Of a DNA stretch of 64,000 nt, positions 1 through 9,692 are shown in pieces. The position numbers and the translations under genes are program-made. The DNA is from Promethearchaeia archaeon (GTDB taxonomy: Archaea > Asgardarchaeota > Lokiarchaeia > Sigyniarchaeales > SOKP01). The stretch spans positions 96,001-160,000 of the forward strand of contig JAHQWK010000011.1 in NCBI GenBank assembly GCA_029856145.1, in the 5' to 3' direction. Below the pieces are notes generated by a model, which had not been told where the DNA came from, ran no database searches, and worked only from the letters and a program-made list of their open reading frames with translations. How positions within the stretch are numbered: the stretch's first letter is position 1; each line of letters opens with the position of its first letter.

Positions 1-1
1 T

Positions 2-1021
2 GATAAGGAATTACAGGATTTAGAAAATCTGATATTAGAAGCAAAAGATTCTGAGATTGATGCTATTATTGCTCACGATCTTGCGGCTATTAGAATAGCA
101 AAACGGAACAATATTAATTTTCATATATCAACACAGGCTAATGTTTCTAATATTGAAGCAGCTAAATTTTTTGAGGAATTAGGTGCTGAAAGGATCATCT
201 TAGCTAGAGAATTATCTCTTCAACAGATTAGACTTATTAAACACCTCCTAACAAAGACTAAAATTGAGTGCTTTGTTCATGGTTCTATGTGTACTTCGAT
301 TTCAGGACGATGTTATTTTTCTGCCACTGTCTGTGATGACGAAGAATATTCAGCAAACCGAGGAAACTGTATTCAACCATGCAGGAGAGAATGGAGAGTT
401 ATAGATGACCAGAATAATGAATTCATTTATGATGGTCAGATGTTTTTGAATGCTAAGGATCTTTGCATGATTAAATATATCCCCGAATTAATTAATGCTA
501 AAATAGATGCTTTTAAAATAGAAGGAAGAATGAAAGATCCACTATATGTTAAAACTGTAGTTGAGTGTTATAGAGAAGCAATAAATAGTTATTCTAATGG
601 GACTTATAATAAAGAAAAGGTAAAAATTTGGCTTGAAAGGCTTTCAAGAGTGTTTAATCGTGGTTTCCATACTGGTTTTTATTTTCATAGACCTACTATA
701 GAAGATATTGAATTAATGAAAAGGGGTAACCGTTCTCCTTATAAGAAACATTATTTAGGAAAAATCCTCGCATTTGATAAAAATAGTAAGTCTGCTAATG
801 TTTTGCTTGAGAGCTTAGATATCCCGTTAAAAGTAGGTGATGAGATAATTATTGAGGGAACTACAACCTATATGATTGAAACTATAAAAACTATGATTTT
901 CAAAGGAGAGAAAATAAAAAAAATTTCAAGAAAGAGATATTCTGACCCAGTTAGGTTCAATTTGCGCCTAAACAAAGAAGTTAAGCTTAACGATAAAATT
1001 TATATCATTTCAAAAACATAA
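2..1021 (+). CDS. U32 peptidase-family protein (TrhP/RlhA-like Fe-S RNA hydroxylase family), 5'-truncated by the window edge
   Basis: The frame is open from position 2 (DKELQDLENL...HISTQANVSN...RIILARELSL...ECFVHGSMCTSISGRC). It has the NRGNCIQPCR Cys motif and the KIEGRMK motif. The ORF-track start at 287 is internal. Confidence 0.9.
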   Translation, partial: DKELQDLENLILEAKDSEIDAIIAHDLAAIRIAKRNNINFHISTQANVSNIEAAKFFEELGAERIILARELSLQQIRLIKHLLTKTKIECFVHGSMCTSISGRCYFSATVCDDEEYSANRGNCIQPCRREWRVIDDQNNEFIYDGQMFLNAKDLCMIKYIPELINAKIDAFKIEGRMKDPLYVKTVVECYREAINSYSNGTYNKEKVKIWLERLSRVFNRGFHTGFYFHRPTIEDIELMKRGNRSPYKKHYLGKILAFDKNSKSANVLLESLDIPLKVGDEIIIEGTTTYMIETIKTMIFKGEKIKKISRKRYSDPVRFNLRLNKEVKLNDKIYIISKT

Positions 1022-1060
1022 AAAAATGATTTTTTTAAAAGATTACATAAATATCGCATT

Positions 1061-1753
1061 ATGGTCTCAACATTAAAAATGCATTTTGAAGAAAAGAGAA
1101 AGCGACTGGTTGAAAGTCTCAAGGATAGAGGAATATTAACTAAACCAGAGGTAATTAGAGCAATGTTAATTGTTCTCAGACATAAATTTGTTCCGAAAGA
1201 TGCTGAATCAAGTGCATATATGGATTCTCCTCTCTCTATTGGACTAGGACAGACAATTAGCGCCCCGCATATGAATGCTATGATGTGTGAATACCTTGAA
1301 CTAAAAGAGGGGGATAAGATATTAGAAATTGGAACCGGTTCAGGCTACCACGCTGCTTTATGTGCGGAACTGGTTGCTCCAGAAGAATCACAAAATCCCG
1401 GTCATGTATTTACGATAGAACGTCATGAAGGATTAGTTAAAAATGCTAGAGAAAGTATTAAAAAAACCGGTTATGAAGCTAATGTTACAGTAATTCATGG
1501 AGATGGTACATTAGGACATCCTAAAGAAGCCCCTTATGACAAAATATTAGTAACTGCTGCGTCACCCTCAAAGATTCCCCTACCTTTGCGAGATCAATTA
1601 AAAGATGGCGGAATTCTTTGTATTCCTGCGGGATCAAAAAATTTTGGCCAAAATTTATATATTATCAAAAAACATAAAAATGAATTCAAAACAAAAAAAA
1701 TAACAGGTGTCCGTTTTGTCCCTCTTATTGGAAAATTTGGATTTGAATCCTAA
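1061..1753 (+). CDS. pcm: Protein-L-isoaspartate O-methyltransferase
   Basis: GQTISAPHM, ILEIGTGSGYHAA, GDGTLG, APYDKILVTAA and VRFVPLIG motifs. Confidence 0.95.
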   Translation: MVSTLKMHFEEKRKRLVESLKDRGILTKPEVIRAMLIVLRHKFVPKDAESSAYMDSPLSIGLGQTISAPHMNAMMCEYLELKEGDKILEIGTGSGYHAALCAELVAPEESQNPGHVFTIERHEGLVKNARESIKKTGYEANVTVIHGDGTLGHPKEAPYDKILVTAASPSKIPLPLRDQLKDGGILCIPAGSKNFGQNLYIIKKHKNEFKTKKITGVRFVPLIGKFGFES

Positions 1754-1817
1754 AATAAAATAGTTGCAAAGAGAGATGCATAAAGAATTATAAAAATTTG
1801 ATACTTTAAGAAAAAGT

Positions 1818-1961
1818 CTATTTCTTAAGCTTTTTTCGAAGCTTTTCTTCCATTAGCTTTTGACGAACATCTTTAACATATTTATTGTTTTCAATCTTAT
1901 TTTTCAGCGTTTCTTTGTTATACGTCCAGCCATTTCGTTTTCCATTTCCGTTAGTTCCCAT
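1818..1961 (-). CDS. Small basic 47-aa protein, not in the ORF track (MGTNGNGKRNGWTYNKETLKNKIENNKYVKDVRQKLMEEKLRKKLKK)
   Basis: ATG at 1961 to TAG at 1818, translated by hand. K/E-rich and helical-looking; it fills the gap between pcm and the GH57 gene. Confidence 0.6.
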   Translation of the reverse strand: MGTNGNGKRNGWTYNKETLKNKIENNKYVKDVRQKLMEEKLRKKLKK

Positions 1962-2093
1962 AAACGTCAAAACCAATGTGTATTTTTATGTTTTATTATT
2001 TTTATTAGGTCCTTAATATATTTAAAGATATATTATATCGACAAAATTCCTACGAATATCCACAAATTTCTAGACGATACATAAATATAAATA

Positions 2094-4268
2094 TTAGAAA
2101 ATTTTAAGCGTAAGATGAATTTCTAAGTTCTTATCAAGTTTGAAAAAAGGAACAACATTAATTCCTTGATAAATTTCTTTATAGCCCTCTTCTGTATAAG
2201 CGTATGCAATTATAGGAAATTTATTAAATTTGATTAAATCATTATTACTGGAAATATCAATATCTAAATTTAGATCATAAGATTCATCATAAGCTCTAAA
2301 ATGAGAACCTGTATATTGAAATGGCTCCAGAAATTTAATGTCTTTATCATCGTCAAAATCTCCTTGTTTGCTTTCCCATTGAAATTTAGTTGTGTCTCCA
2401 TTAAAGAAAAAAGGGATATCAATAGCCATATTTATATTTTTAACAATACGGTTTAAGATTCCTTCATTTTCAGGGATTTCATTGAAATTTATTCTTAAAG
2501 AGACTTTAATTTCACTATCTTCTACATATATATCTTTTGTAATTCGAACTGGGTTTCGATCATCAGAATCAGGGTCCTTTATGCTTCCTATTTTCTCCAT
2601 CTCGATGATTGCAATCTTTCCTTCTTTTTCAGTACTAGTAACTCTAAAGTTTTCATCAACAAAATTTCCAAACTCATAATATTGATCTGCTTGAAGTTGT
2701 TCAAGTGTTATTTCATCATTTAAAAATCTAAGCCGTAATAAGTTCTTTTTGAACCTATCAACTAAAACTTCTTCTGTAGCGAGTTTTTTACTCTCATGAT
2801 AAGCTTCTGGCCATCTAGTTAAAGTATTTAATAGGTTATAGGATTTAGGTTTGTAGTCTAATTCAAAAATAGTACCACCATCACTAGGATTAATGTATAC
2901 ATTAAATATATCAGATTCAATTAAATATTCTGTTTTACTATCTTTAAGAAAATCAATTGGTGTTATGTAAATATAGGATTTCAGTTTTGGATTAATTAAT
3001 AAGTTTATTTCATCGAGTATTTTCTCAGCATTTATTAAATGTGTATAAACTGAAAACCTTAAAAACTGTAAATAAACTCCCCCGAATAAACCATGCCAAT
3101 AACAATCATTGCATTGAGCTTTATAGATCTCATCCCAGGCTTCAGCTATTTTTTTTAAGATTACAGAAATTAGTTGTTCATTTTGAACGTTTAATAAGTT
3201 TTCTTCAGTGTTAACGAGTTTATTTCTTACATAAAGCATCTTCTTATGCATATTATTAGATTCTGGATATTTTATTAGGAAATATCTCCAAAATCCTCCA
3301 CGGAGGAATTGATATGTCTCCTTCTTTTCTTCATCCTCTCTCAATGACTTTCGGATTGTCTTAAAATTCTTTCGAATTTCGGTAGGTAAAACCCATTCTT
3401 CCATTTTATCATAACTCGCAGTTGGAAGATATACCAAACTTTTAGCCGGAAACTTGGCCATATATTCAGAAAGGGTTAATGATTTAATCCATGTGTTATT
3501 TCTAATTTGTTCTAAAAATGCTGGAATAAAAGGTTTTCCATTATCTCCCTCATGATGCCCTTGACCTTCCACATAGCAAATTTTGTGTGTAGTTCCCCAA
3601 ACACCCATTTTTTCCGCATCAGATATGAGTAAAACGCACCTATCACCTTTTTCGTTGGCAGCATTTTTCAAATAGTCGATTGACATATATGTGGGCTTCC
3701 AAGGGGTTAAGTACCTTAATTCTTCATTGATAGGAAATATTCTTAGAGTTTTTCCTTCATCTTCTGTAATATAGGAATAGAACGTATCTTCTTCAGTAAT
3801 CCCTGTGGATCTAAAATGATTATCATCAAGGATAACATATTTTAATCCTACATCATTCAAAAATGAAGGATAATTTGGTTCCCATACTCTTTCTGATAAC
3901 CAAGCACCTTTCACATCAAGCTCAAATTCTTTTTTTATTAGATCAGATAATTTCTTCATTTGAGCTATTTTATCGCGATACGGGATAATAGCAAATATTC
4001 GTTCATAATAACCCCCTCCAATAATCTCTATTTGTCCTCTTTTTGCCATAATTTTTAATTTCTCTATGAAATTGGGTTTATTTTTTAAAAGCCATTCCAA
4101 TAAATTGCCTGAAAAATGAAGTGTTATTTTAATATCAGCAAATTTGAAAATATTATCAATAAGGGGTTCATATGATTTATTATAGACATCTTCAAATACC
4201 CACGGGAAGTTATCAACTGGTTGATGGAAGTGAAAGACAATTGGGAGGCAAATGGTTTTTTCAGTCAT
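2094..4268 (-). CDS. GH57 alpha-amylase / 4-alpha-glucanotransferase
   Basis: HFHQP, GAWLSERVWEP (catalytic Glu), SDAEKMGVW, AQCNDCYWHGLFGGVY; C-terminal beta domain. Confidence 0.92.
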   Translation of the reverse strand: MTEKTICLPIVFHFHQPVDNFPWVFEDVYNKSYEPLIDNIFKFADIKITLHFSGNLLEWLLKNKPNFIEKLKIMAKRGQIEIIGGGYYERIFAIIPYRDKIAQMKKLSDLIKKEFELDVKGAWLSERVWEPNYPSFLNDVGLKYVILDDNHFRSTGITEEDTFYSYITEDEGKTLRIFPINEELRYLTPWKPTYMSIDYLKNAANEKGDRCVLLISDAEKMGVWGTTHKICYVEGQGHHEGDNGKPFIPAFLEQIRNNTWIKSLTLSEYMAKFPAKSLVYLPTASYDKMEEWVLPTEIRKNFKTIRKSLREDEEKKETYQFLRGGFWRYFLIKYPESNNMHKKMLYVRNKLVNTEENLLNVQNEQLISVILKKIAEAWDEIYKAQCNDCYWHGLFGGVYLQFLRFSVYTHLINAEKILDEINLLINPKLKSYIYITPIDFLKDSKTEYLIESDIFNVYINPSDGGTIFELDYKPKSYNLLNTLTRWPEAYHESKKLATEEVLVDRFKKNLLRLRFLNDEITLEQLQADQYYEFGNFVDENFRVTSTEKEGKIAIIEMEKIGSIKDPDSDDRNPVRITKDIYVEDSEIKVSLRINFNEIPENEGILNRIVKNINMAIDIPFFFNGDTTKFQWESKQGDFDDDKDIKFLEPFQYTGSHFRAYDESYDLNLDIDISSNNDLIKFNKFPIIAYAYTEEGYKEIYQGINVVPFFKLDKNLEIHLTLKIF

Positions 4269-4367
4269 TTCTCTGTATTTACTTTTTTTATTTTAAATAT
4301 ATGTAAAAATTTTTACCTATAAAACATAACTAATTATATTATTGAAAATTGAAAATTATTGATTTTT

Positions 4368-6089
4368 ATGATAAATTATTTTGATAAAAATGTGATTCAA
4401 GGAGTTTATAATTCAAATGAGTTCAAAGGTTGGCTTCTTTCAAGAAGATGGTTCGGAGATAAATCAGCTTTATCAAATTTAGAGTTTGATATTCAAGTAC
4501 AATATTTTGAAATTATCGCAGGAAGAATTTTTCTAACAATTATTGAAGTAAAAACACCTAATTATTCTAAAACTTATTTTCTTCCCTTAATCTATTATGA
4601 AAAAGTCGAAGATTTTTTAAATTCCAGTGAAAAAACACATTCTAATATATTAAAACTCACTGAAAACACATTTAGTAAAAAATTAGCTATTACTCTCGAA
4701 AATAAACAGAAAGTTATTACACTCAATTTTGTGGAAGCGGAGCTTTGCCTTTTTTTCTGGAAGAAAATGTTATTTGATGCTAGGATCTCTGAAAAATTCC
4801 CTTCATTAAATTTAGAATTATCTCTTTATACTAAACAGTTTGAAGATGAAATAAACATGAAAAAAGTACAGAATTTAATTGAAGCAGGGATATACCCAGA
4901 TCGATATGAACTTTCAATTAATCAATTAGGAGGAGGAAATACAACTAATATCTTATTTTCATTAAATATATCTAATAAAAGAGATCCAGACCAAAAACCT
5001 ATCTCTTATGTTTTAAAATCTTATAAAGATTATTCTGTAAGCTTAGAACCATCAATTTTATTTGTTTTAGTAAAAAATAAGTTTCCAAACACTCCGAAAA
5101 TATATGGAACAATTAAAGTACGAGATAAAGAAACTATTGGAATACTTGAAAACGTTCCCAATATTGGAAATTTAGGTGATATATACTGGACTGAACTCAA
5201 TAATATGATTACTACGGTATTTAAAGATGGTGATGAGGACTATTCTAAGTTTAGTGACAAATCAAATACCTCTCAATTAATTAAAGAAAATTGCATTGAA
5301 ACCTTAAAAGTATCTGTAGAAATTGGAAACTATATTAAAAGTTTACATAAATCCTTAATTCTGCCTGAAAAAGAAGAATATAGTTTAGAATCAGTAGATA
5401 GTAAAATTTTTCTTAAAAATTATTCAGATAGATTAAATTCTATGATTTCAGATTTACTAACCAATATGAATGAACAACCAGAAAGTGCTTTCTTCAATTT
5501 ACCGAAAATAAGTTCAATTCTTATAGATATTAAAGATATTATCGAAAGATTTCGTTCCGAATTTAAGCAACTAAAAATTAAAATTCAACCAGTTCATCAA
5601 GATTTACACATGGAACAAATTCTATATAACATAGTAGATGGTCAATATAATTATTATTTTATAGATTTCGAGGGTGACCCACAACTTTCATTGGAAGAAA
5701 AAAAGGGAAAGTTTCCAGTAGAAAAAGACTTAGCTTCATTTTTAAGAGCTTTGAGTTATATCAAGTTTAACACTTTACTTATTTTTATTGAGCAAAAAAT
5801 AATTCGAAAAGATAAGTATGAAGTACCTGAAGAAATTCTATACAATCTTTACTTCAGAAGAGCTGCTAGACCTTTAAAAAAAATTCTTGATAGCGTTCTT
5901 AATGTTCTTAATATATGGGAATTAAAACTAATAGGAAAAATATTGAAAGATTTAGACGTAGACTATGTACTAATTACATATTTCTATATTGAAAGAGCTT
6001 TGTATGAATTAAATTATGAAATTTTATTCAGACCAAATAAAATAATTATTCCTATTTTAGGATTAAAAGAAATAGTTGATAAAAGTTAA
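4368..6089 (+). CDS. Maltokinase (Pep2/Mak)-like phosphotransferase
   Basis: WLLSRRWFGDK N-terminal motif, VHQDLHMEQIL, FIDFEG, KDLASFLRALSY and ERALYELNYE match Mak consensus blocks. ATG at 4368 preferred over TTG at 4359. Confidence 0.8.
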   Translation: MINYFDKNVIQGVYNSNEFKGWLLSRRWFGDKSALSNLEFDIQVQYFEIIAGRIFLTIIEVKTPNYSKTYFLPLIYYEKVEDFLNSSEKTHSNILKLTENTFSKKLAITLENKQKVITLNFVEAELCLFFWKKMLFDARISEKFPSLNLELSLYTKQFEDEINMKKVQNLIEAGIYPDRYELSINQLGGGNTTNILFSLNISNKRDPDQKPISYVLKSYKDYSVSLEPSILFVLVKNKFPNTPKIYGTIKVRDKETIGILENVPNIGNLGDIYWTELNNMITTVFKDGDEDYSKFSDKSNTSQLIKENCIETLKVSVEIGNYIKSLHKSLILPEKEEYSLESVDSKIFLKNYSDRLNSMISDLLTNMNEQPESAFFNLPKISSILIDIKDIIERFRSEFKQLKIKIQPVHQDLHMEQILYNIVDGQYNYYFIDFEGDPQLSLEEKKGKFPVEKDLASFLRALSYIKFNTLLIFIEQKIIRKDKYEVPEEILYNLYFRRAARPLKKILDSVLNVLNIWELKLIGKILKDLDVDYVLITYFYIERALYELNYEILFRPNKIIIPILGLKEIVDKS

Positions 6090-6109
6090 ATCATACTTTA
6101 CTATTCTTT

Positions 6110-6721
6110 TTACTCAGATTCTTCTTCAGGTATTTTGGCAAATTCAAAGCAATAATGGGTTGAAGATCGGATTTGTGGATTGATATTCTTGGTATATTGT
6201 GCTCTTAAACTTTTATTATTATCTATTGCTTCTTCTGTAAACCTCGTGTCGTACTCATATTTTAGCTCATAATTAACTAATTTATATACAAATGCTTCAA
6301 TGAATTTTTTTGGTCCAAATTTTTTAGAAAACCAAATATAGTTCTCATCATCAATTAGTTTAGAGAAAAAACCTAAATGTTCGCATAAATCTAATTTATA
6401 CCCGATATTATCAAGGTTACCTTGTATTGTAGCAATATCATTAATAAAACGGGCAGTTTTAACACCTAATTCCATTTGTTCAATCTCATTTAACCCTTCA
6501 ATAAGTTTCCTTAAAAGGCTTTTTTTCATTATTATTAAATCTCTATCATTAACTGATTTAATTGTATTGTTTTGAGTGACAACATATCTTGACATGTCAA
6601 GATATTTGCGAATAAAATCTGCTTTTGAAATACCTAACTTAGAACGTATTTTTTCAATATATTGATTTAATTCTTCTTCGATTCTAACTGTTATAACTGT
6701 TGTAGGTTTTTTTTCTGGCAA
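6110..6721 (-). CDS. Ribbon-helix-helix (CopG/MetJ-like) regulator with C-terminal sensor-like domain
   Basis: TTVITVRIEEELNQYIEKIRSKLGISKADFIRKYL; TTG start with GGAGG upstream. Confidence 0.75.
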   Translation of the reverse strand: MPEKKPTTVITVRIEEELNQYIEKIRSKLGISKADFIRKYLDMSRYVVTQNNTIKSVNDRDLIIMKKSLLRKLIEGLNEIEQMELGVKTARFINDIATIQGNLDNIGYKLDLCEHLGFFSKLIDDENYIWFSKKFGPKKFIEAFVYKLVNYELKYEYDTRFTEEAIDNNKSLRAQYTKNINPQIRSSTHYCFEFAKIPEEESE

Positions 6722-7379
6722 TAGTTAAATCCTCCTTGAATGTAATATTTGTATTTATTTGATATCATTTGTAATAGAAGTAATTATAGTATATAAATGA
6801 TTGTTTTTTACATTTTTAGGAAAAAATTATAAAAAAATACACATGCATATAATGTATTTTAAACTAGTAGGATAACTTTTAATATGAAAATCTCTTTAGT
6901 TTTGATTTTTAATGAAGATATAATAAAGATTTTCAATTTAATTTAGAATTAATTCTAGGATTTAATTTTGTATTGAATTCCCCATCATATTATGTGATTT
7001 TTAATATTTTCAAGTTAAAGTTTAACAATAATTTCTCAATAGGGTTATTTCCTTGAAATCTCACAGTTTTAATATGTATATATAATTCATCAAAAATCAT
7101 TCTAGAATAGATAAAAGTTGAAGATTATGTGAAGTGGGAATTTTATGGTACGTTTAATAAGTTTTATGTATTTATTTAATAGAATTTAATAATTTTACTG
7201 CTAGCGTTTTAACTATAATTTATAGCCAAATCTTATAATTAGAGCATAAAATGGCTCTCATTCTAAGATTCATTCATATTTTGATTGTTTAAAGATTATA
7301 GAAAGATGTAATTTTATTAAAAGAATGCTTTATTAAATAAACATTCCTAAAATTAAAAACAAGTTATATATGATTTCAA

Positions 7380-7490
7380 TGTCAATTGTAATTATTGTAA
7401 TAATTAGTAATCGTTGAATACAAACGAATTATGAATTTTTGCTGTATAAGATATATATACGGTGAATTATATAGTTTTCTTGTAATACAA
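7380..7490. promoter_or_regulatory. TGTAAT repeat array and TTGTAATACAA near-palindrome upstream of the ArsR-type gene (putative operator)
   Basis: ttgtaatta-ttgtaataa at 7386-7403 and ttgtaatacaa at 7480-7490. The same TGTAATA occurs at 6741 and 6770, in front of the divergent RHH gene. Confidence 0.45.
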
Positions 7491-7525
7491 AAGTAAAAAT
7501 TTTATTAAGGGTTGGATAGACAGTT

Positions 7526-7855
7526 ATGGAAATTACACAAACCGGTATTTTGGAAGTCAATTTGCAAAATAAATCTGAATCTATATCTATAGAATCAGAT
7601 GAACAAATTGAGAAAATTGTTAAAGCTCTGTCCTCGCGAACAAGACGTCAAATACTTCGTCATATTCAAGAAGAGCCAATGGATGTGTCAAATATTGCAG
7701 CTAGTTTAGATATGACAGAAGCCAATATATCTGCCCAAATAAAAAAACTTGAGGAAGCTGGTTTAATTGAGTGCTCTTACTCGTCTGGTAACCATGGGGT
7801 CAGGAAGATTAGTAATTTAAAATTCAATAAACTTGTTATTAAATTTTCATCTTAA
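7526..7855 (+). CDS. ArsR-family winged-HTH transcriptional regulator
   Basis: KALSSRTRRQIL...MDVSNIAASLDMTEANISAQIKKLEEAGLI. Confidence 0.9.
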   Translation: MEITQTGILEVNLQNKSESISIESDEQIEKIVKALSSRTRRQILRHIQEEPMDVSNIAASLDMTEANISAQIKKLEEAGLIECSYSSGNHGVRKISNLKFNKLVIKFSS

Positions 7856-7875
7856 AGATTTTTTAAAAAGAATTT

Positions 7876-9453
7876 TTAACCAGTAGTTTTTACTGGTTCT
7901 TTTGTTTTTTTAGTCAGAGCAATTGTCTCTAATTTTTTATCAAAAGTTCCATGTTTTTCAGTTAATTTATTTGGTATTCCATGTTTCATTATATCTTTCA
8001 TTTCATCGGAGATAATATCTTGTGTCATTCCCATTGAATGAAGCATATCTAATCCGCTAACAATCACTGTTTTAGCAAATCGAGGTATATTTCGCGTCAT
8101 CCAATTGAATTTCCCAAATGGATTAATGTATCTTTTTACGAGCATTCGAAGCCAACCCTTACTAAGATAATAAGCAGAATATGCTTCACCAACTAATCGA
8201 TACATTTCATTAGTAGTTAGTTGTTCTGTACGCATCATTGGATGAAACAAATCATAATGCTTATAATTATTACTAGTAATCATATTTTTTTCTAACATTT
8301 CATTGTAGAAATCTGTTCCCGGAAATGCGGTAATAGGTGTAAATTGGATACAGGTTAGATTAAGTGATTTAGCAAATTGAATATTTTGTCTTACCATTGT
8401 TTTGGTTTCACCTGGATATCCAATAATTACACCTCCAAATATCGAAATTCCATGATCTTGAAGTGATGAAACCACCTTTCTTACCATATCTGGAGTAGTA
8501 TTTTTTTTATTCATAGCATCAAGGCTTTGTTGATGCACTGATTCAATACCAAGAAATACTTGTCTCATTCCCGCTTTATGCATTAAATCAACTAACCAAG
8601 GATTTCGATATAATGAATCTACTCGCGATTGGCAGGAAAAAAGCATTTTGTTTGGAACCCCTGATCGAATCATAGTTTCAAGTATTTTCTTTGTCCGCTT
8701 TATTTTAATAGTAAAATTATCTTCACAGAAAAAAATAAAATCGTTTTTCCAATCTATATCATAAATTTCTTGCATAATCCTTTTGATAGATTTTGTTCGA
8801 TAAGTTATGTGGTTATTTGGATTTCTCCACATTTTTATAATGCAACAGAATTTACAATTATGTGGACAACCTCGTGAAGTTTCAAGTTGAGCAACTCTAG
8901 CACCTAAATAAACATATTTTTTATCATCTAATAAATCTCTTCGAGGCATGGGAAAATTATCTAAGTCAGGTTCTAACGTTCGATCCTTGTTATGAAGGAC
9001 TCGTCCTTCGTTATTTTTATACGAAACTCCATCAATATCTTTTAGTGATGTATTAGCTTTGTTTCCATCGAGATAATCTATTAGTTCACGAAATGTGTGT
9101 TCTCCTTCGCCCCTAACAGCATAATCTATTGCAGGATGCTTTGCTACATATTCAGGAACTAATGTTGGCTGGTATCCACCAATTATCGTCGTACAACCAA
9201 GATCTTTTGCCATTTGTGCTACTTCAAATGCCTGAGAGATTTGAGGCGTCATACTTGTGAGAGCTAAGATGTCACTCTGATTCAATAATGAACGGAATCT
9301 TTTTTCATTATACTTATGAACTTTAAAATCAAATAATTTTGCGTCATGTTCTGGAACCATGGCTGCAATTGAGATTAAGCTTAATGGAGGTCCTTTAATT
9401 ATCGCATCAAGTCCAGAACTAAGTCGTGCAGGATTAACATATAAAATTTTCAT
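7876..9453 (-). CDS. Cobalamin-binding radical SAM protein
   Basis: N-terminal B12-binding domain (PPLSL, IIGGYQPT, VRGEGE); ETSRGCPHNCKFC motif; GIES; IIGYPGET. Confidence 0.92.
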   Translation of the reverse strand: MKILYVNPARLSSGLDAIIKGPPLSLISIAAMVPEHDAKLFDFKVHKYNEKRFRSLLNQSDILALTSMTPQISQAFEVAQMAKDLGCTTIIGGYQPTLVPEYVAKHPAIDYAVRGEGEHTFRELIDYLDGNKANTSLKDIDGVSYKNNEGRVLHNKDRTLEPDLDNFPMPRRDLLDDKKYVYLGARVAQLETSRGCPHNCKFCCIIKMWRNPNNHITYRTKSIKRIMQEIYDIDWKNDFIFFCEDNFTIKIKRTKKILETMIRSGVPNKMLFSCQSRVDSLYRNPWLVDLMHKAGMRQVFLGIESVHQQSLDAMNKKNTTPDMVRKVVSSLQDHGISIFGGVIIGYPGETKTMVRQNIQFAKSLNLTCIQFTPITAFPGTDFYNEMLEKNMITSNNYKHYDLFHPMMRTEQLTTNEMYRLVGEAYSAYYLSKGWLRMLVKRYINPFGKFNWMTRNIPRFAKTVIVSGLDMLHSMGMTQDIISDEMKDIMKHGIPNKLTEKHGTFDKKLETIALTKKTKEPVKTTG

Positions 9454-9692
9454 AATTTTTTCTTACCTAAATATTTCTCTTATCTTCATAGTTTTTTTAA
9501 GGAGAGTGCTTAACTTTATCTAACTTATAATTTTTAATTATAGTTGAATAATAGAAGAAGCCTTGAGAGCTTATCAGTTCATTCTCACCATATTAAACTA
9601 TTTTATTATTTAATATTATGAAATCTTATTAAACTTTGTTATTTCTACATAGTTTAAAACATAAAAAGAATCAAATTTAGGCACTTAGGATT

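Noticed and set aside
1860-2084. 74-aa plus-strand ORF
   Set aside because: Low-complexity F/I-rich shadow of the minus-strand 47-aa ORF and the intergenic DNA.
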